Shown here piece by piece: positions 51,454-62,220 of a DNA stretch of 64,000 nt. The notes beneath the pieces are model-generated. The model worked only from the letters and a program-made list of their open reading frames with translations. It had not been told where the DNA came from and made no database searches. How positions within the stretch are numbered: the first letter of the stretch is position 1; each line of letters starts with the position of its first letter. Source of the DNA: an uncultured Planctomycetota bacterium (lineage in GTDB: Bacteria > Planctomycetota > Planctomycetia > Isosphaerales > Isosphaeraceae); NCBI GenBank assembly GCA_963737655.1, contig CAVTTN010000002.1:7360001-7424000 (forward strand), in the 5' to 3' direction. The position numbers were made by a program, and so were the translations under genes.

Positions 51454-52787
51454 ATGCCCGAAGTGATGACCACCGACGTCCGCGCGATCATGGACCGCGA
51501 CCCCTTCGACGCCTCCGCCGTGGCCGACCTCCGCGAGGTCCTCGGCCGCGACCCGTCTCGCTATAAGACCTTGCGCGATTCGGTGGCCGCCATCACCGAG
51601 CGCGAAAAGGGGGCGATGAAGCCCCAGACCCACCTCCGCCTGGGCGTGGCCGACGTCATGCTCGGCCGGTACAACGCGGCCCTGGAACACCTGAACAAGG
51701 CCGGCGACACTCACGGCCTCGCCCTGTTCTTCCGCGGCCTCGCCCTCGAGAACCTCATGAAGTGGGCCGAGGCTTCCGAGGCCTTCGCCGCCGCCGCCAA
51801 GGCCGGTTATGACCCGAAGCGCTCCGATTTGCACCGCGTCGGCGCCCTCCGACGCTCCGGCGACCTCCTCGCCGCCCGCAACCTCCTGGAGAAGCTCGAA
51901 GGCACGTCCGGCAGCACGGCCGAGTTCCATTACCAGAAGGGCGCCCTGCTCGCCGCCGAGGGGGAGCTGATCGCCGCATCCTCCGAGTTCGAAAAGACCT
52001 TGGCCTCCGAGCGCGACCATACCGGCGCCCTGTTCGAGCTCGCCTACATCAACGACCTCTACGGCAACGACGAGACGGCCGTCGAGTTCTACAAGCAGTG
52101 CCTCCGCCGCCCTCCGGTGCCCCTGGCCGCCTGGATCAACCTGGGCGTCCTGTACGAGGACGAGATGCGGTTTCGGGACGCCGAGCAGTGCTACCGCCAG
52201 GTGCTCGCCTTCGACGCCAACCACCCCCGGGCCCGGCTCTTCTTCAAGGACTGCCGGGCCAGCCGCGACATGTTCTATGACGAGGAAGCCGAGCGCGGGT
52301 ACGACCGCCTCCGCCAGCTCCTCGAAATCCCCGTGACCGACTTCGAACTCTCGGTCCGCAGCCGCAACTGCTTGCGCAAGATGAACATCCGAACGCTCGG
52401 CGACCTCACCCGGACGACCGAGGCCGCCCTCCTCGCCTCCAAGAATTTCGGCGAGACCTCGCTCTCCGAGATCAAGGAGATGATGACCAGCAAGAGCCTC
52501 CGCCTGGGCATGGCCCTGGAGGCCGGCGAGCGGGCCGGCGCCGCCCACATCGAGCCGATCGAGGAGCTCAGCCAGGAAGAGAAGGCCCTGCTCGCCAAGG
52601 GGATCAGCGAGCTCAACCTCTCGGTCCGGCGCGCAAGTGCATGACCAAGCTCGGGATCCAGACCGTCGGCGACCTGCTCTCCCACACCGGCGATGACCTC
52701 CTCGAATGCAAGAACTTCGGCGTGACGTCCTTGAACGAGGTCCGGGAGAAGCTCACCAGCCTCGGCATGAAGCTCAAGAACGAGTGA
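51454..52787 (+). CDS. TPR protein with two RNA polymerase alpha-subunit C-terminal domains (frameshift near 52630)
   Basis: TPR helices, then ELSVRSRNCLRK...KNFGETSLSEI and (after the shift) LNLSVRARKCM...KNFGVTSLNEV. Confidence 0.88.
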
Positions 52788-53914
52788 CTTCGGACCCTCT
52801 CGGCTTCGCCGTCCTCGACCGCGACCCGCACTCCCGGGCCCGTCGAGGGCGGCTGATCACGCCTCATGGCCTCGTCGAGACGCCGGCCTTCATGCCCGTG
52901 GGCACCCAGGCGACGGTCAAGGGCCTCACGCCCGACCTCGTCCGCCAGGCCGGCTCGACCATGATCCTGGCCAACACCTACCACCTCGCCCTCCGCCCCG
53001 GCGCGGAGGTTGTCGCTCAATTAGGCGGATTACATCGTTTCATGGCCTGGGATGGCCCGATTTTGACCGATTCGGGCGGGTTCCAGGCGTTTAGCATGGC
53101 CGACCGCTCGAAACTGACCGAACGCGGCGTCGCGTTTCGTTCGCACCTCGATGGCCGGTTGCTCGACCTGACCCCGGAAGCGGCCGTGACGATCCAGGAA
53201 CAGCTCGGGGCCGACGTGGCGATGTGCCTCGACCAGTGCCCGGCCCTCCCGGCGTCGAAGGTGGCGATCGCCGACGCGGTGGCGAGGACCGTCCGATGGG
53301 CCCGCCGCTGCCGAGACGCCCACACCCGGGCCGATCAGGCGTTGTTCGGGATCGTCCAGGGGGGAAGCCACGAGGATTTGCGGGCCGAGTGCGCGGAACT
53401 CCTGGTGGAGATGGACTTTCCGGGCTATGCCGTGGGCGGGGTCAGCGTGGGGGAGAGCCGCGAGCAGGTCCGTGAGGCCCTGAGAGTGACCACCCCTCGA
53501 CTTCCCGAGGAGAAACCGCGATACCTGATGGGCGTGGGGCGTCCCGAGGACATCCTGGACGCCGTGGAGACCGGGATCGACCTGTTCGATTGCGTCCTGC
53601 CGACCCGCAATGGCCGGAACGCAACGTGTTTGACGGCCAAAGGTTCGGTCAAGATGAGGAACGCCGCCCACAAGGCCGACCCGGGGCCGATCGAGGCCGG
53701 TTGCGACTGCCTGGCCTGTAGGAAATTCAGCCGGGGCTACATCCGCCACCTGTTCCTGGCCGGCGAGATGCTGGGCCCGATCCTGGCGTCCCTGCATAAC
53801 ATCACATACCTCCACCGGCTGATGCGTGAGATTCGCGAGGCGATATCGGCCGGTCGGTTCGTCCCGTATCGTCTTGAGGCGCTTGAAGCCTTGGGGGCGT
53901 CCACGTTACAGTGA
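52784..53914 (+). CDS. tgt: queuine tRNA-ribosyltransferase
   Basis: TPAFMPVGT, NTYHL, TDSGGFQ, PRYLMGVG, FDCVLPTR and CDCLAC motifs. Confidence 0.97.
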   Translation: MTSDPLGFAVLDRDPHSRARRGRLITPHGLVETPAFMPVGTQATVKGLTPDLVRQAGSTMILANTYHLALRPGAEVVAQLGGLHRFMAWDGPILTDSGGFQAFSMADRSKLTERGVAFRSHLDGRLLDLTPEAAVTIQEQLGADVAMCLDQCPALPASKVAIADAVARTVRWARRCRDAHTRADQALFGIVQGGSHEDLRAECAELLVEMDFPGYAVGGVSVGESREQVREALRVTTPRLPEEKPRYLMGVGRPEDILDAVETGIDLFDCVLPTRNGRNATCLTAKGSVKMRNAAHKADPGPIEAGCDCLACRKFSRGYIRHLFLAGEMLGPILASLHNITYLHRLMREIREAISAGRFVPYRLEALEALGASTLQ

Positions 53915-53974
53915 GGCTTCGGCCGCCCTTCCTGATCTTCCTCCGCGCCGACTGACCCCCTGGACCCCGCGCCC

Positions 53975-54526
53975 ATGCCCTGGCCGATCGCCCCAGCGTC
54001 GTTCCTGCTCGCCCAAGAAGCCCCGAATAAAGACGGGGCAGTCCAGGCCTTCCCGGGCGGGGAGATGAAGGCGTTCGCCGAGCCCCCGGCCAAGGCCGCC
54101 GCCCCGGCGCCGGCCAAGGCCGATGGCGGCGAGGCCGTCGCCGCCGCGCCCGCCGGCCCGGCCACGAAAACCGGGTCCAAGGCGGCCCCCGTCCCGGCGC
54201 CGGCCGCCGAGGGCGGGCTTCCGCAGATCCTCCTGTTCGCCCCGATTATCGTGATGTTCTATCTCCTGCTGATCCGCCCCCAGCAGAAGCAGGAGAAGCA
54301 GCGAAAATCGATGATCGACGCCCTGAAGAAGAACGACAAGGTGTTGACCTCGGCCGGGATTTACGGAACGGTCGTGTCGGTCGACCCGGCCAACGACAAG
54401 GTCGTGGTCCGGGTCGATGACGACAAGGGGGTCAAGTTCACCTTCAGCAAGGCGAGCATCTCCCGGGTCGTGGAGCCGCAGGCGGAGAAGGAAAAAGAGA
54501 AGGCGTCGGAGCCGTCGTCGTCCTGA
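53975..54526 (+). CDS. yajC: preprotein translocase subunit YajC
   Basis: FYLLLIRPQQKQ and LKKNDKVLTSAGIYGTV motifs; lies between tgt and secD. Confidence 0.93.
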   Translation: MPWPIAPASFLLAQEAPNKDGAVQAFPGGEMKAFAEPPAKAAAPAPAKADGGEAVAAAPAGPATKTGSKAAPVPAPAAEGGLPQILLFAPIIVMFYLLLIRPQQKQEKQRKSMIDALKKNDKVLTSAGIYGTVVSVDPANDKVVVRVDDDKGVKFTFSKASISRVVEPQAEKEKEKASEPSSS

Positions 54527-54578
54527 CGGCCCCGTCGCGGAAAGGTCCGAGTCTTCACGATCGCTCGCGGCACTAGGG

Positions 54579-57500
54579 ATGGCCATGAACACGCACGCCA
54601 AACGGTTCCTGTTGATCGGTCTCGTCACTCTGGCCGGGCTGGTCGCCTCGTGGCCTCCGAAAGAGAAGCTCAAGTACGGGATCGACCTCTCGGGAGGGAC
54701 GATCCTGGTCTATGAGGTCAAGGCGGGGCCTCAGCAGACCGACTTCCGCATGGATGACCTGCTCGCCGCGATCAAGCGGCGGGTCAACCCCAACGGGGTC
54801 TTCGACATCCCGATCCGCCCGATCGGCAGCAACCGGATCGAGATCATCCTGCCCCGGGACGAGACCGACCGGGTCGACGAGACCAAGAGGGCGATGACCG
54901 CCGAGGGCTCCCTGGAATTCCGCATCCTCGCCAACGAGAAGCACGACAAGGGCGCCATCGACCGCGCTCGCCCCCAACGGCCTGAACAACCCGCCGAAGG
55001 ATTATCGCTGGGCCAAGCTCGGCGAGCTGGTGACCGGCCAGAACCCGACGCTCAAGGGGAACGTCCTGACCGACCCGGCGCAGTCCTGGGTCCGCAACCG
55101 CTACGCCGAGCCGACCAAGGTCCTGCTCGTCGGCAAGGACGCCGCCGGCCAGACGAAGGAGATCTTCGTCACGATCGCCGCCAACGACGTCAACAGCCTG
55201 ACGCTCGACCCGACCAAGGCGATCCGGCCCTCGGAGAATGACCCGAACGAACGGCCGCGATATATCAACATCGGCAAGGTCTCGGACTATTTCAAGACGA
55301 TCGACAAGTACGAGATCGATTACAACCCCAGCCGGATCAGCCCGACCCGCAGCCGGGACGCGATCGTCCGCGAGAGGGCCCGGGGCAAGGGGTTCGTCGA
55401 GCGGTTCATCCTCCTGCACCTCGACCGCCAGAACGTCACCGGCGAGAACCTCGCCAACGTCTTCAACACGACCGACCAGAGGCTCCAGCCGGCCGTCGGA
55501 TTCCTGTTCAACGCCGCCGGAGGCCGGAAATTCGGCACGTTGACCCGCGAGCACCTGCCCGAGGAAGAGAGCCGGTTCTACTACCACCTGGCCATCCTCC
55601 TGGACAATCAGGTGATGTCGGCCCCGATCATCAAGTCGGAGATCAACGACCAGGGCGTGATCGAGGGGATGCCGGTCCGCGAGGTCGGGCGATTGATCGA
55701 GATCCTCCGCGCCGGCCGCCTGCCGGCCACCCTCAACCCGACCCCTCTCCTGGAAGAGAAGGTCGGCGCCACCCTCGGGCAGGACACGATCGAGAAGGGC
55801 GTCCGGGCGATCGCCATCTCGATGTTCGTCGTGCCGATCTTCATGATCCTCTATTACCGCTTCGCCGGCGTGGTGGCGGTCGTGGCGCTGATCCTGAACA
55901 TGCTGTTGCTCGTCGGCACGATGGCGATCACCAATTCGAGCATCACCCTGCCGGGCCTGGCCGGGCTGGCGCTGACGATCGGCATGGCCGTCGACGCGAA
56001 CGTGCTGATCTTCGAGCGGATGCGCGAGGAGGCCGAACGCGGGGCGAGCATGGCCCAGCAGATCCGCAACGGCTTCAGCCGGGCCTGGACGACGATCCTC
56101 GACTCGCACGTGACCACCATCCTCTCCGGCGTGGTCCTGTTCGCGATCGGCACCGAGGAGGTCAAGGGGTTCGCGCTGACCTTGATCATCGGCCTTCTGA
56201 TCAACCTGTTCACGGCGGTTTATGTCTCTCGGGTGATCTTCGACTACTGGTACTCCAAGGGCTGGCTGAAGCGCCTGACGATGTACAAGATGCTCGATAA
56301 GACGAACATCGACTTCGTCGGCCCGAGGAAGATCTGCATGGCCGTCTCCCTGGTCCTGATCCTGATCGGGGTGGGGATCGCGGCCTATCGCTGGAACAGC
56401 TTGCTCAACATCGACTTCACCGGCGGGACTTTGGTGACGATCCAGCTCGATCCCAACGCGCCGGAGGTCAAGTCGAAGTCCCCGGGTCAGAGGGCCGCGT
56501 ACGTCCGGGAGCTGGCCGCCCAGGCGCTGCCCGATACCTCGGTGGAGGCCCTGAACCTCGGCGACGAGGAGGCCGGCCTGCGGTTCAACATCCGCACCAC
56601 GGAGGAGAACGCCAAGGAGGACGGCGCCGCCGCCGGATCGGCCGACAAGAACAACGTCCAGGCCAAGATCCTGGCGAAGTTCGAGCCGATCCTCTCCCGC
56701 CTGGAGATGACCAGCTCGGCGCCCGAGGCGCTCCCCGCCGCGCCGAAGGACGCCGTGGGCGAGTCGTCCGAGCGGTTCCCCGGCGGCCGTCGCTATCTGC
56801 TGAGCTTCAACCGCCCGGTGGCCGAGCCCGAGGTGATCCAGGCCAAGCTGCTGGACATCCTCCGCAAGGACGGCGTGGCGAACCCGGAGACCCGCGTCCT
56901 CGTCGATCGCCCCGTTTTGCCCAACGGCCAGGCCGCCCTGGATCAGAAGCAGGTCTACCTGACCACGGACCTCGACGCCGCGACCACCGGCGCCACCGAC
57001 AAGCCCGGGACCGTCCTGGGGAAACTGGCCGTGGCCCTTCGCAACGACCCGAATCAACTGTTCGAGCGCGTCTCGATCTTCGGAGGGGCCGTCGCCAAGG
57101 ATACGCGGACGCTCGCCATCATGGCCATCGTCGCGAGCTGGCTGATCATGGTCGCCTACCTCTGGTTCCGCTTCAAGTCCGTGACCTACGGCGTGGCGGC
57201 GGTGATCGCGCTGGTCCACGACGTCCTGATCACGCTCGGGGCCGTCGCGCTGTCGCCCTACAAGATCGACCTGCCGATGATCGCCGCGTTCCTCACCCTG
57301 ATCGGGTTCTCGGTCAATGACACGATCGTCATCTTCGACCGAATCCGCGAGATCAAGGGGAAGACGCCGGTCCTGACCACGCAGATGATCAACGACGCGA
57401 TCAACCAGACCCTCAGCCGGACGATCCTCACCTCCTTGACCGCCTGGCTCGTCGTGGTGATCATGTGGCTGTTCGGCGGCGAGGGGCTGGCTGGCTTCTC

Positions 57501-57639
57501 GTTCTGCCTCGTGGTCGGGTTCCTCAGCGGAACCTACAGCACGGTCTACATCGCCACGCCGATCCTCGTGGATTGGGTGAGCCGGGACAAGACCCAGCCG
57601 GCCCCCCAGAAGTCCAAGACGGCCCTGGCGAAGGCGTGA
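54579..57639 (+). CDS. secDF: fused protein translocase SecD/SecF (frameshift near 54968)
   Basis: GIDLSGG, GMAVDANVLIFER, NIDFTGG, GFSVNDTIVIFDRIRE and GTYSTVYIA motifs. Confidence 0.93.
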
Positions 57640-57670
57640 ACTCGTCGGGCGGGTGGTTGATTGGCATCAT

Positions 57671-57817
57671 GTCGGGTGCATGAAATGCACCACTCACGCG
57701 GCGGCCATCGGCCGCCCGCCGTTCCCGGCTTCCCGTTCGCCAAGGGTGGGCGCGGAAACACGGGGATGGTGGGCGGCTTTCCGCCGCCGCGTGAGTGGTG
57801 CATTTCATGCACCCTAC
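57671..57817. repeat. 147-bp family A REP doublet (REPIN-like)
   Basis: GTCGGGTGCATGAAATGCACCACTCACGCGGCGG ... CCGCCGCGTGAGTGGTGCATTTCATGCACCCTAC. Confidence 0.92.
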
Positions 57818-57830
57818 ATCGCGGTGCATC

Positions 57831-58607
57831 TCACCCGCCCGATGGGCCTCGCAGCACCTGGCCGGCGTGAACGGTGCGGATGCCGCCCTCGGTGGCGATC
57901 CGCAGGCCCCCGCTCGGGTCGATGCCCGCCCCGAGGCCCGAGATGACCTCTCCGAGCAGGGACAGCCGCACCGATCGGCCGATCAGGCTGTCGCGTTCGG
58001 CCGATTCCTGGGCGAGTTCGGGCGAGTCGCTCGCGAGTTGCTCGATGGCTTGAATGAATCCTCGGTAAAGGGCGTCCCCCAGCCCGATGGTCGCCAACGT
58101 CCGGCCGGCGATCTCCTGCAAGGTGGTCGCCATCGCCTGGACCTCGGCCGGGGCCCGGGCGAGGTCCGTCGAGACGTTCAGGCCGATGCCGATCAACAGG
58201 CAATCCCCGTGGCGCTCGGGGAGGATTCCGCCGAATTTCCGGCCGTCGCATTCGAGGTCGTTCGGCCAGCGGATCGCCAGCCGGCCTCGGGGGATTCCCC
58301 AGCGTTCGAGCCCCCGGATCAGGCCGACGGCGGTGGCCAGGGAGGCCCGGGGCCAATGCTCGGGCCGGAGCGAGGACACCGCATCGGGCAAGACGGCCGT
58401 GAGCGTGATCGAGCCTTCATCCGAGAACCAGGAATGATCCCCCCGGCCTCGACCGGCCGTTTGCTTGCGGGCGACCACGAACCACGGGGGCGGCGGAGTC
58501 GGCGCGCCGAGGTCGATCCGGAGCTTGGCCTCGTCGTTGGTGGACGTGGCCTCGTCCAGGAAGACCGCGTGATCGGCCAGGATTCCGCCGTCCTCGCGTC
58601 GGAGCAT
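57831..58607 (-). CDS. birA: biotin--[acetyl-CoA-carboxylase] ligase
   Basis: STND, QTAGRGRG, IRWPNDL, KFGGIL and GIGLNV motifs; no N-terminal HTH. Confidence 0.92.
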   Translation of the reverse strand: MLRREDGGILADHAVFLDEATSTNDEAKLRIDLGAPTPPPPWFVVARKQTAGRGRGDHSWFSDEGSITLTAVLPDAVSSLRPEHWPRASLATAVGLIRGLERWGIPRGRLAIRWPNDLECDGRKFGGILPERHGDCLLIGIGLNVSTDLARAPAEVQAMATTLQEIAGRTLATIGLGDALYRGFIQAIEQLASDSPELAQESAERDSLIGRSVRLSLLGEVISGLGAGIDPSGGLRIATEGGIRTVHAGQVLRGPSGG

Positions 58608-58623
58608 GCTCGGGTCCGCCCGA

Positions 58624-61600
58624 TCAGGAGGCGGTCATCCTCACCAGGAGGTCGCCGGTCTTGACCTGCCGCCCCACGGCCGCGAGGACCTCGGCCACCC
58701 GGCCGGGCCGTTCGGCATAGAGGGTGGTTTCCATCTTCATGGCCTCGATCGAGAGCAGCTTCTGCCCCTTGCGGATGGCGTCGCCGGCCTGGACGGCCAC
58801 GCCCACGACCAATCCCGGCAGGGGCGAGCCGACCTGGAGGGGGTCGCTCGGGTCGGCCTTCGGCGCCTCGATCACGGCCGAGGCGAGCGATCGATCGACG
58901 ACCGAGACCTCTCGGGGCTGGCCGTTGAGCTCGAAGAAGACGGTCCGCTGGCCGTCGGCCTGCGGTTCGCCCACCGCCAGGAGCTTGAGGATCAGCGTCT
59001 TGCCCGGCTCGATCTCGACGAGGTTCTCGGTCAACTCCTCGGGCCCGAAGAAGAACAGCGGCGTGGGCAAGACCGACGTATCGCCGAACTTCCTCAGGTG
59101 GGCCGCCAGGTCGGGGAAGACGCGGGGGTAGATCGTCAGGCTCAGCGCGTCGCGTTCGGAGGCCGGCTCGCCGAGCAGTTCGCTCGCCTTCTTCCGGGCC
59201 GCGACGAGGTCGGCGTCGGGCAAGTCCGCGCCCGGGCGCTCGGTCTTCGCCGGCCGGCCCTTCAAGATCCTTTCCTGCAAGGGCTTCGGGAACCCTCCCG
59301 GCGGCTGGCCGAGCCGGCCCTCGAAGAACTCGACGACGCTTTCCGGGAAGGCGAGCTCCCGGGACGGGTCCAGCGTGTCCTCGGGCGCCAGGTTGTTCGC
59401 GACGAGGAACAAGGCCATGTCGCCCACGACCTTGGACGACGGCGTGACCTTCACGATGTCGCCGAACAGAATGTTCACGTCGGAATACGCCTTGCAAACC
59501 TCCGGCCACCGCGACGCCAGGCCCAAAGCCTTGGCCTGCTGGAACAGGTTGGTGTACTGGCCGCCGGGCATCTCGTAAGCGTAGACCTCGGCCGAGGGCG
59601 CTTGCAGGCCGGATTCGAAGGGGGCGTACATGGCGCGGACCTCGCCCCAGTAGCGGCTCAATTCGATCAGCACGGCCGGGTCGAGGCCGGTCTCGCGGTC
59701 GGTGAACCGGAGGGATTCGACGATCGCGTTGAGGCTGGGCTGGGAGGTCAGGCCCGACATGCTCGCGATCGCGCCGTCGGCGACGTCCAGGCCCTGGTTC
59801 GAGGCTTCCAGCACGCTGGCCGCCTGGGCCCCGCCGATGTCGTGGGTGTGGAAGTGGATCGGCACGCCGACGGCCTCGCGGAGCGCCTTGACCAGCCTCG
59901 CCGCGGCGAACGGCTTGCAGAGGCCGGCCATGTCCTTGATGGCGATCAGGTTGGCGCCCCTCTTCTCGAGGTCCTTCGCCATCTCGACATAATATTTCAG
60001 GTCATACTTGGTGCGTTTCGGGTCGGAGATGTCGCCGGTGTAGCAGATCGCCGCCTCGCAGAGGGCGCCGGACTCGCGGACGGCGTCGAGCGCCACGGCC
60101 ATGTTCGGCACCCAGTTCAGCGAGTCGAACACGCGGAACAGGTCGATCCCGGCGGCCGCCGAGTCCTTCACGAACGCGCGGACGACGTTGTCCGGATAGC
60201 TCGTGTAGCCGACGGCGTTCGACCCCCGGAGCAGCATCTGGAACAGGATATTCGGGATCTTCTCGCGGAGGAGGGCCAGGCGTTCCCACGGGTCTTCCTT
60301 GAGGAACCTCATGGACGTGTCGAACGTGGCGCCGCCCCACATCTCGATGGAGAACAGCCCGGGGCAGAGCCTCGCATACGCGTCGGCGGCGCGGAGCATG
60401 TCGCGGGTCCGCAGCCGGGTGGCCAGGAGCGACTGGTGGGCGTCCCGGAACGTGGTGTCGGTCAGCAACAGCGGCGTCTGGTCGCGGACCCACTTCGAGA
60501 ACCCCTCGGGTCCCAGCTCGACGAGCTTCTGCCGGGACCCCGAATGGATCGGCGCGGCGAGGTCGCAGGCCGGAGGGGTGGGCTCGCCCGAGACCGAGTA
60601 CGATTCGGGCTTCGCCAGGCCGGGGAAGCCGTTGACGATCACCTCCGCCGCGTAGGTGAGGAGCTTCGAGGCCCGGTCCTGCCGGATCGGGAACCGGAAC
60701 AGGTCGGGCGTCTGGTCGATGAACCGGGTCGTGCAGAGGCCGGCGCGGAAGTCGGGGTGATTGACCACGTTCAGGAGGAACGGGATGTTCGTCTTCACGC
60801 CCCGGATGCGGAATTCCTGGAGGGCCCGCTCCATCCGCAAGACGGCGTCGATGAACCGCCGGCCCTGGGCCGAGACCTTCACGAGCAAGGAGTCATAGAA
60901 CGGCGTGACGATCCCGCCGGTGATCCCGGGTCCGCCGTCGAGCCGGATTCCCAGCCCTCCGGCCGATCGGTAGTGGGTGATCCGGCCATAATCGGGCGTG
61001 AATTTGTTCGCGGGGTCCTCGGTCGTGATCCGGCACTGGAACGCGTAGCCGTTGACCTTCACGGCGTCCTGGCTCGGCAGGTCGATCTCGGGATCGCTCA
61101 GGGGGGACCCCTGGGCGATCAGGATCTGGCTCTTCACGAGGTCCACGCCGGTGACCATCTCGGTGACGGTGTGCTCGACCTGGATTCGCGGGTTGACCTC
61201 GATGAAGTAGAACTTGCCGGAGTCGGCATCGACGAGGAACTCGACGGTCCCGGCGTTCTCGTAGCCGACCTTGCGGCCGATCGCGATGGCGGCGTCGCAC
61301 ACGCCCGCCTTGGCCGCCGGGTTGAGGTTCACCGAGGGGGCGATCTCGACGACCTTCTGGTGCCGCCTCTGCACCGAGCAATCCCGCTCGAAGAGGTGGA
61401 CGAGCCCGCCGTGCTTGTCGCCGAGGAGCTGCACTTCGATGTGCTTGGCGCGGGTGATGAACTTTTCGAGGAAGACGTCGGGGCAGCCGAACGCGGCATC
61501 GGCCTCGCGGCGGGCCTGATCGAGCGCGGAGTCGAGGTCCTCGACCTTCTCCACGACCCTCATCCCTCGGCCCCCGCCGCCCATCGACGCCTTGACGATG

Positions 61601-62073
61601 ATGGGGAAGCCCAGCGATTCGGCAACGGCCCGGGCGTCGGGCCCGGGGACGACCGGCTCGGGGCTGCCGCCGACGATCGGCACGCCGGCCTCCTCGGCGA
61701 TCTTCCGGGCGGCGACCTTGTCGCCCAGCATGTCGAGCAGCTCGGGTCGAGGGCCGACGAACGTGATCCCCGCCCCCTCGCACGCGCGGGCGAACCCCGA
61801 ATTCTCGGAGAGGAAGCCATAGCCCGGGTGGATCGCGTCCACGTCCTTGGCCTTCGCCAGCTCGACGATGGCCGGGATGTTCAGATAAGAGCGGATCGGC
61901 TCGCCGGCCTGGCCGATCTGGTACGCCTCATCCGCCTTGGAGCGATGGGTGGCGAAACGGTCCTCGTGCGAAAAGATCGCCACGGTCCTCAGGCCCAGCT
62001 CGTGGGCGGACCGGAAGACTCGGATGGCGATTTCCCCACGATTGGCGACGAGGAGCTTGCGGAACTCGGGCAT
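58624..62073 (-). CDS. pyc: pyruvate carboxylase
   Basis: ANRGEIA, RDCSVQRRHQK, FRDAHQS, WGGATFD, HTH and EAMKM motifs. Confidence 0.98.
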   Translation of the reverse strand: MPEFRKLLVANRGEIAIRVFRSAHELGLRTVAIFSHEDRFATHRSKADEAYQIGQAGEPIRSYLNIPAIVELAKAKDVDAIHPGYGFLSENSGFARACEGAGITFVGPRPELLDMLGDKVAARKIAEEAGVPIVGGSPEPVVPGPDARAVAESLGFPIIVKASMGGGGRGMRVVEKVEDLDSALDQARREADAAFGCPDVFLEKFITRAKHIEVQLLGDKHGGLVHLFERDCSVQRRHQKVVEIAPSVNLNPAAKAGVCDAAIAIGRKVGYENAGTVEFLVDADSGKFYFIEVNPRIQVEHTVTEMVTGVDLVKSQILIAQGSPLSDPEIDLPSQDAVKVNGYAFQCRITTEDPANKFTPDYGRITHYRSAGGLGIRLDGGPGITGGIVTPFYDSLLVKVSAQGRRFIDAVLRMERALQEFRIRGVKTNIPFLLNVVNHPDFRAGLCTTRFIDQTPDLFRFPIRQDRASKLLTYAAEVIVNGFPGLAKPESYSVSGEPTPPACDLAAPIHSGSRQKLVELGPEGFSKWVRDQTPLLLTDTTFRDAHQSLLATRLRTRDMLRAADAYARLCPGLFSIEMWGGATFDTSMRFLKEDPWERLALLREKIPNILFQMLLRGSNAVGYTSYPDNVVRAFVKDSAAAGIDLFRVFDSLNWVPNMAVALDAVRESGALCEAAICYTGDISDPKRTKYDLKYYVEMAKDLEKRGANLIAIKDMAGLCKPFAAARLVKALREAVGVPIHFHTHDIGGAQAASVLEASNQGLDVADGAIASMSGLTSQPSLNAIVESLRFTDRETGLDPAVLIELSRYWGEVRAMYAPFESGLQAPSAEVYAYEMPGGQYTNLFQQAKALGLASRWPEVCKAYSDVNILFGDIVKVTPSSKVVGDMALFLVANNLAPEDTLDPSRELAFPESVVEFFEGRLGQPPGGFPKPLQERILKGRPAKTERPGADLPDADLVAARKKASELLGEPASERDALSLTIYPRVFPDLAAHLRKFGDTSVLPTPLFFFGPEELTENLVEIEPGKTLILKLLAVGEPQADGQRTVFFELNGQPREVSVVDRSLASAVIEAPKADPSDPLQVGSPLPGLVVGVAVQAGDAIRKGQKLLSIEAMKMETTLYAERPGRVAEVLAAVGRQVKTGDLLVRMTAS

Positions 62074-62220
62074 CGAGGGTGCGTCCCGGCGGGGTCCGGT
62101 GAATGTTCGGCAGACATCGTACCGGAAGGGGCCGCCCGGGGCGAGATAGGGATGTCGGAGTCTCGCGATGTCCGGCCCGGTCCCGGGGCGAGTGTCCCCG
62201 GGACCGGGGCTTCGGTCGGT

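Noticed and set aside
54579..57639. secDF and other split genes as pseudogenes or programmed frameshifts
   Set aside because: No slippery heptamers or further decay; the indels sit in short G/C runs typical of sequencing error.
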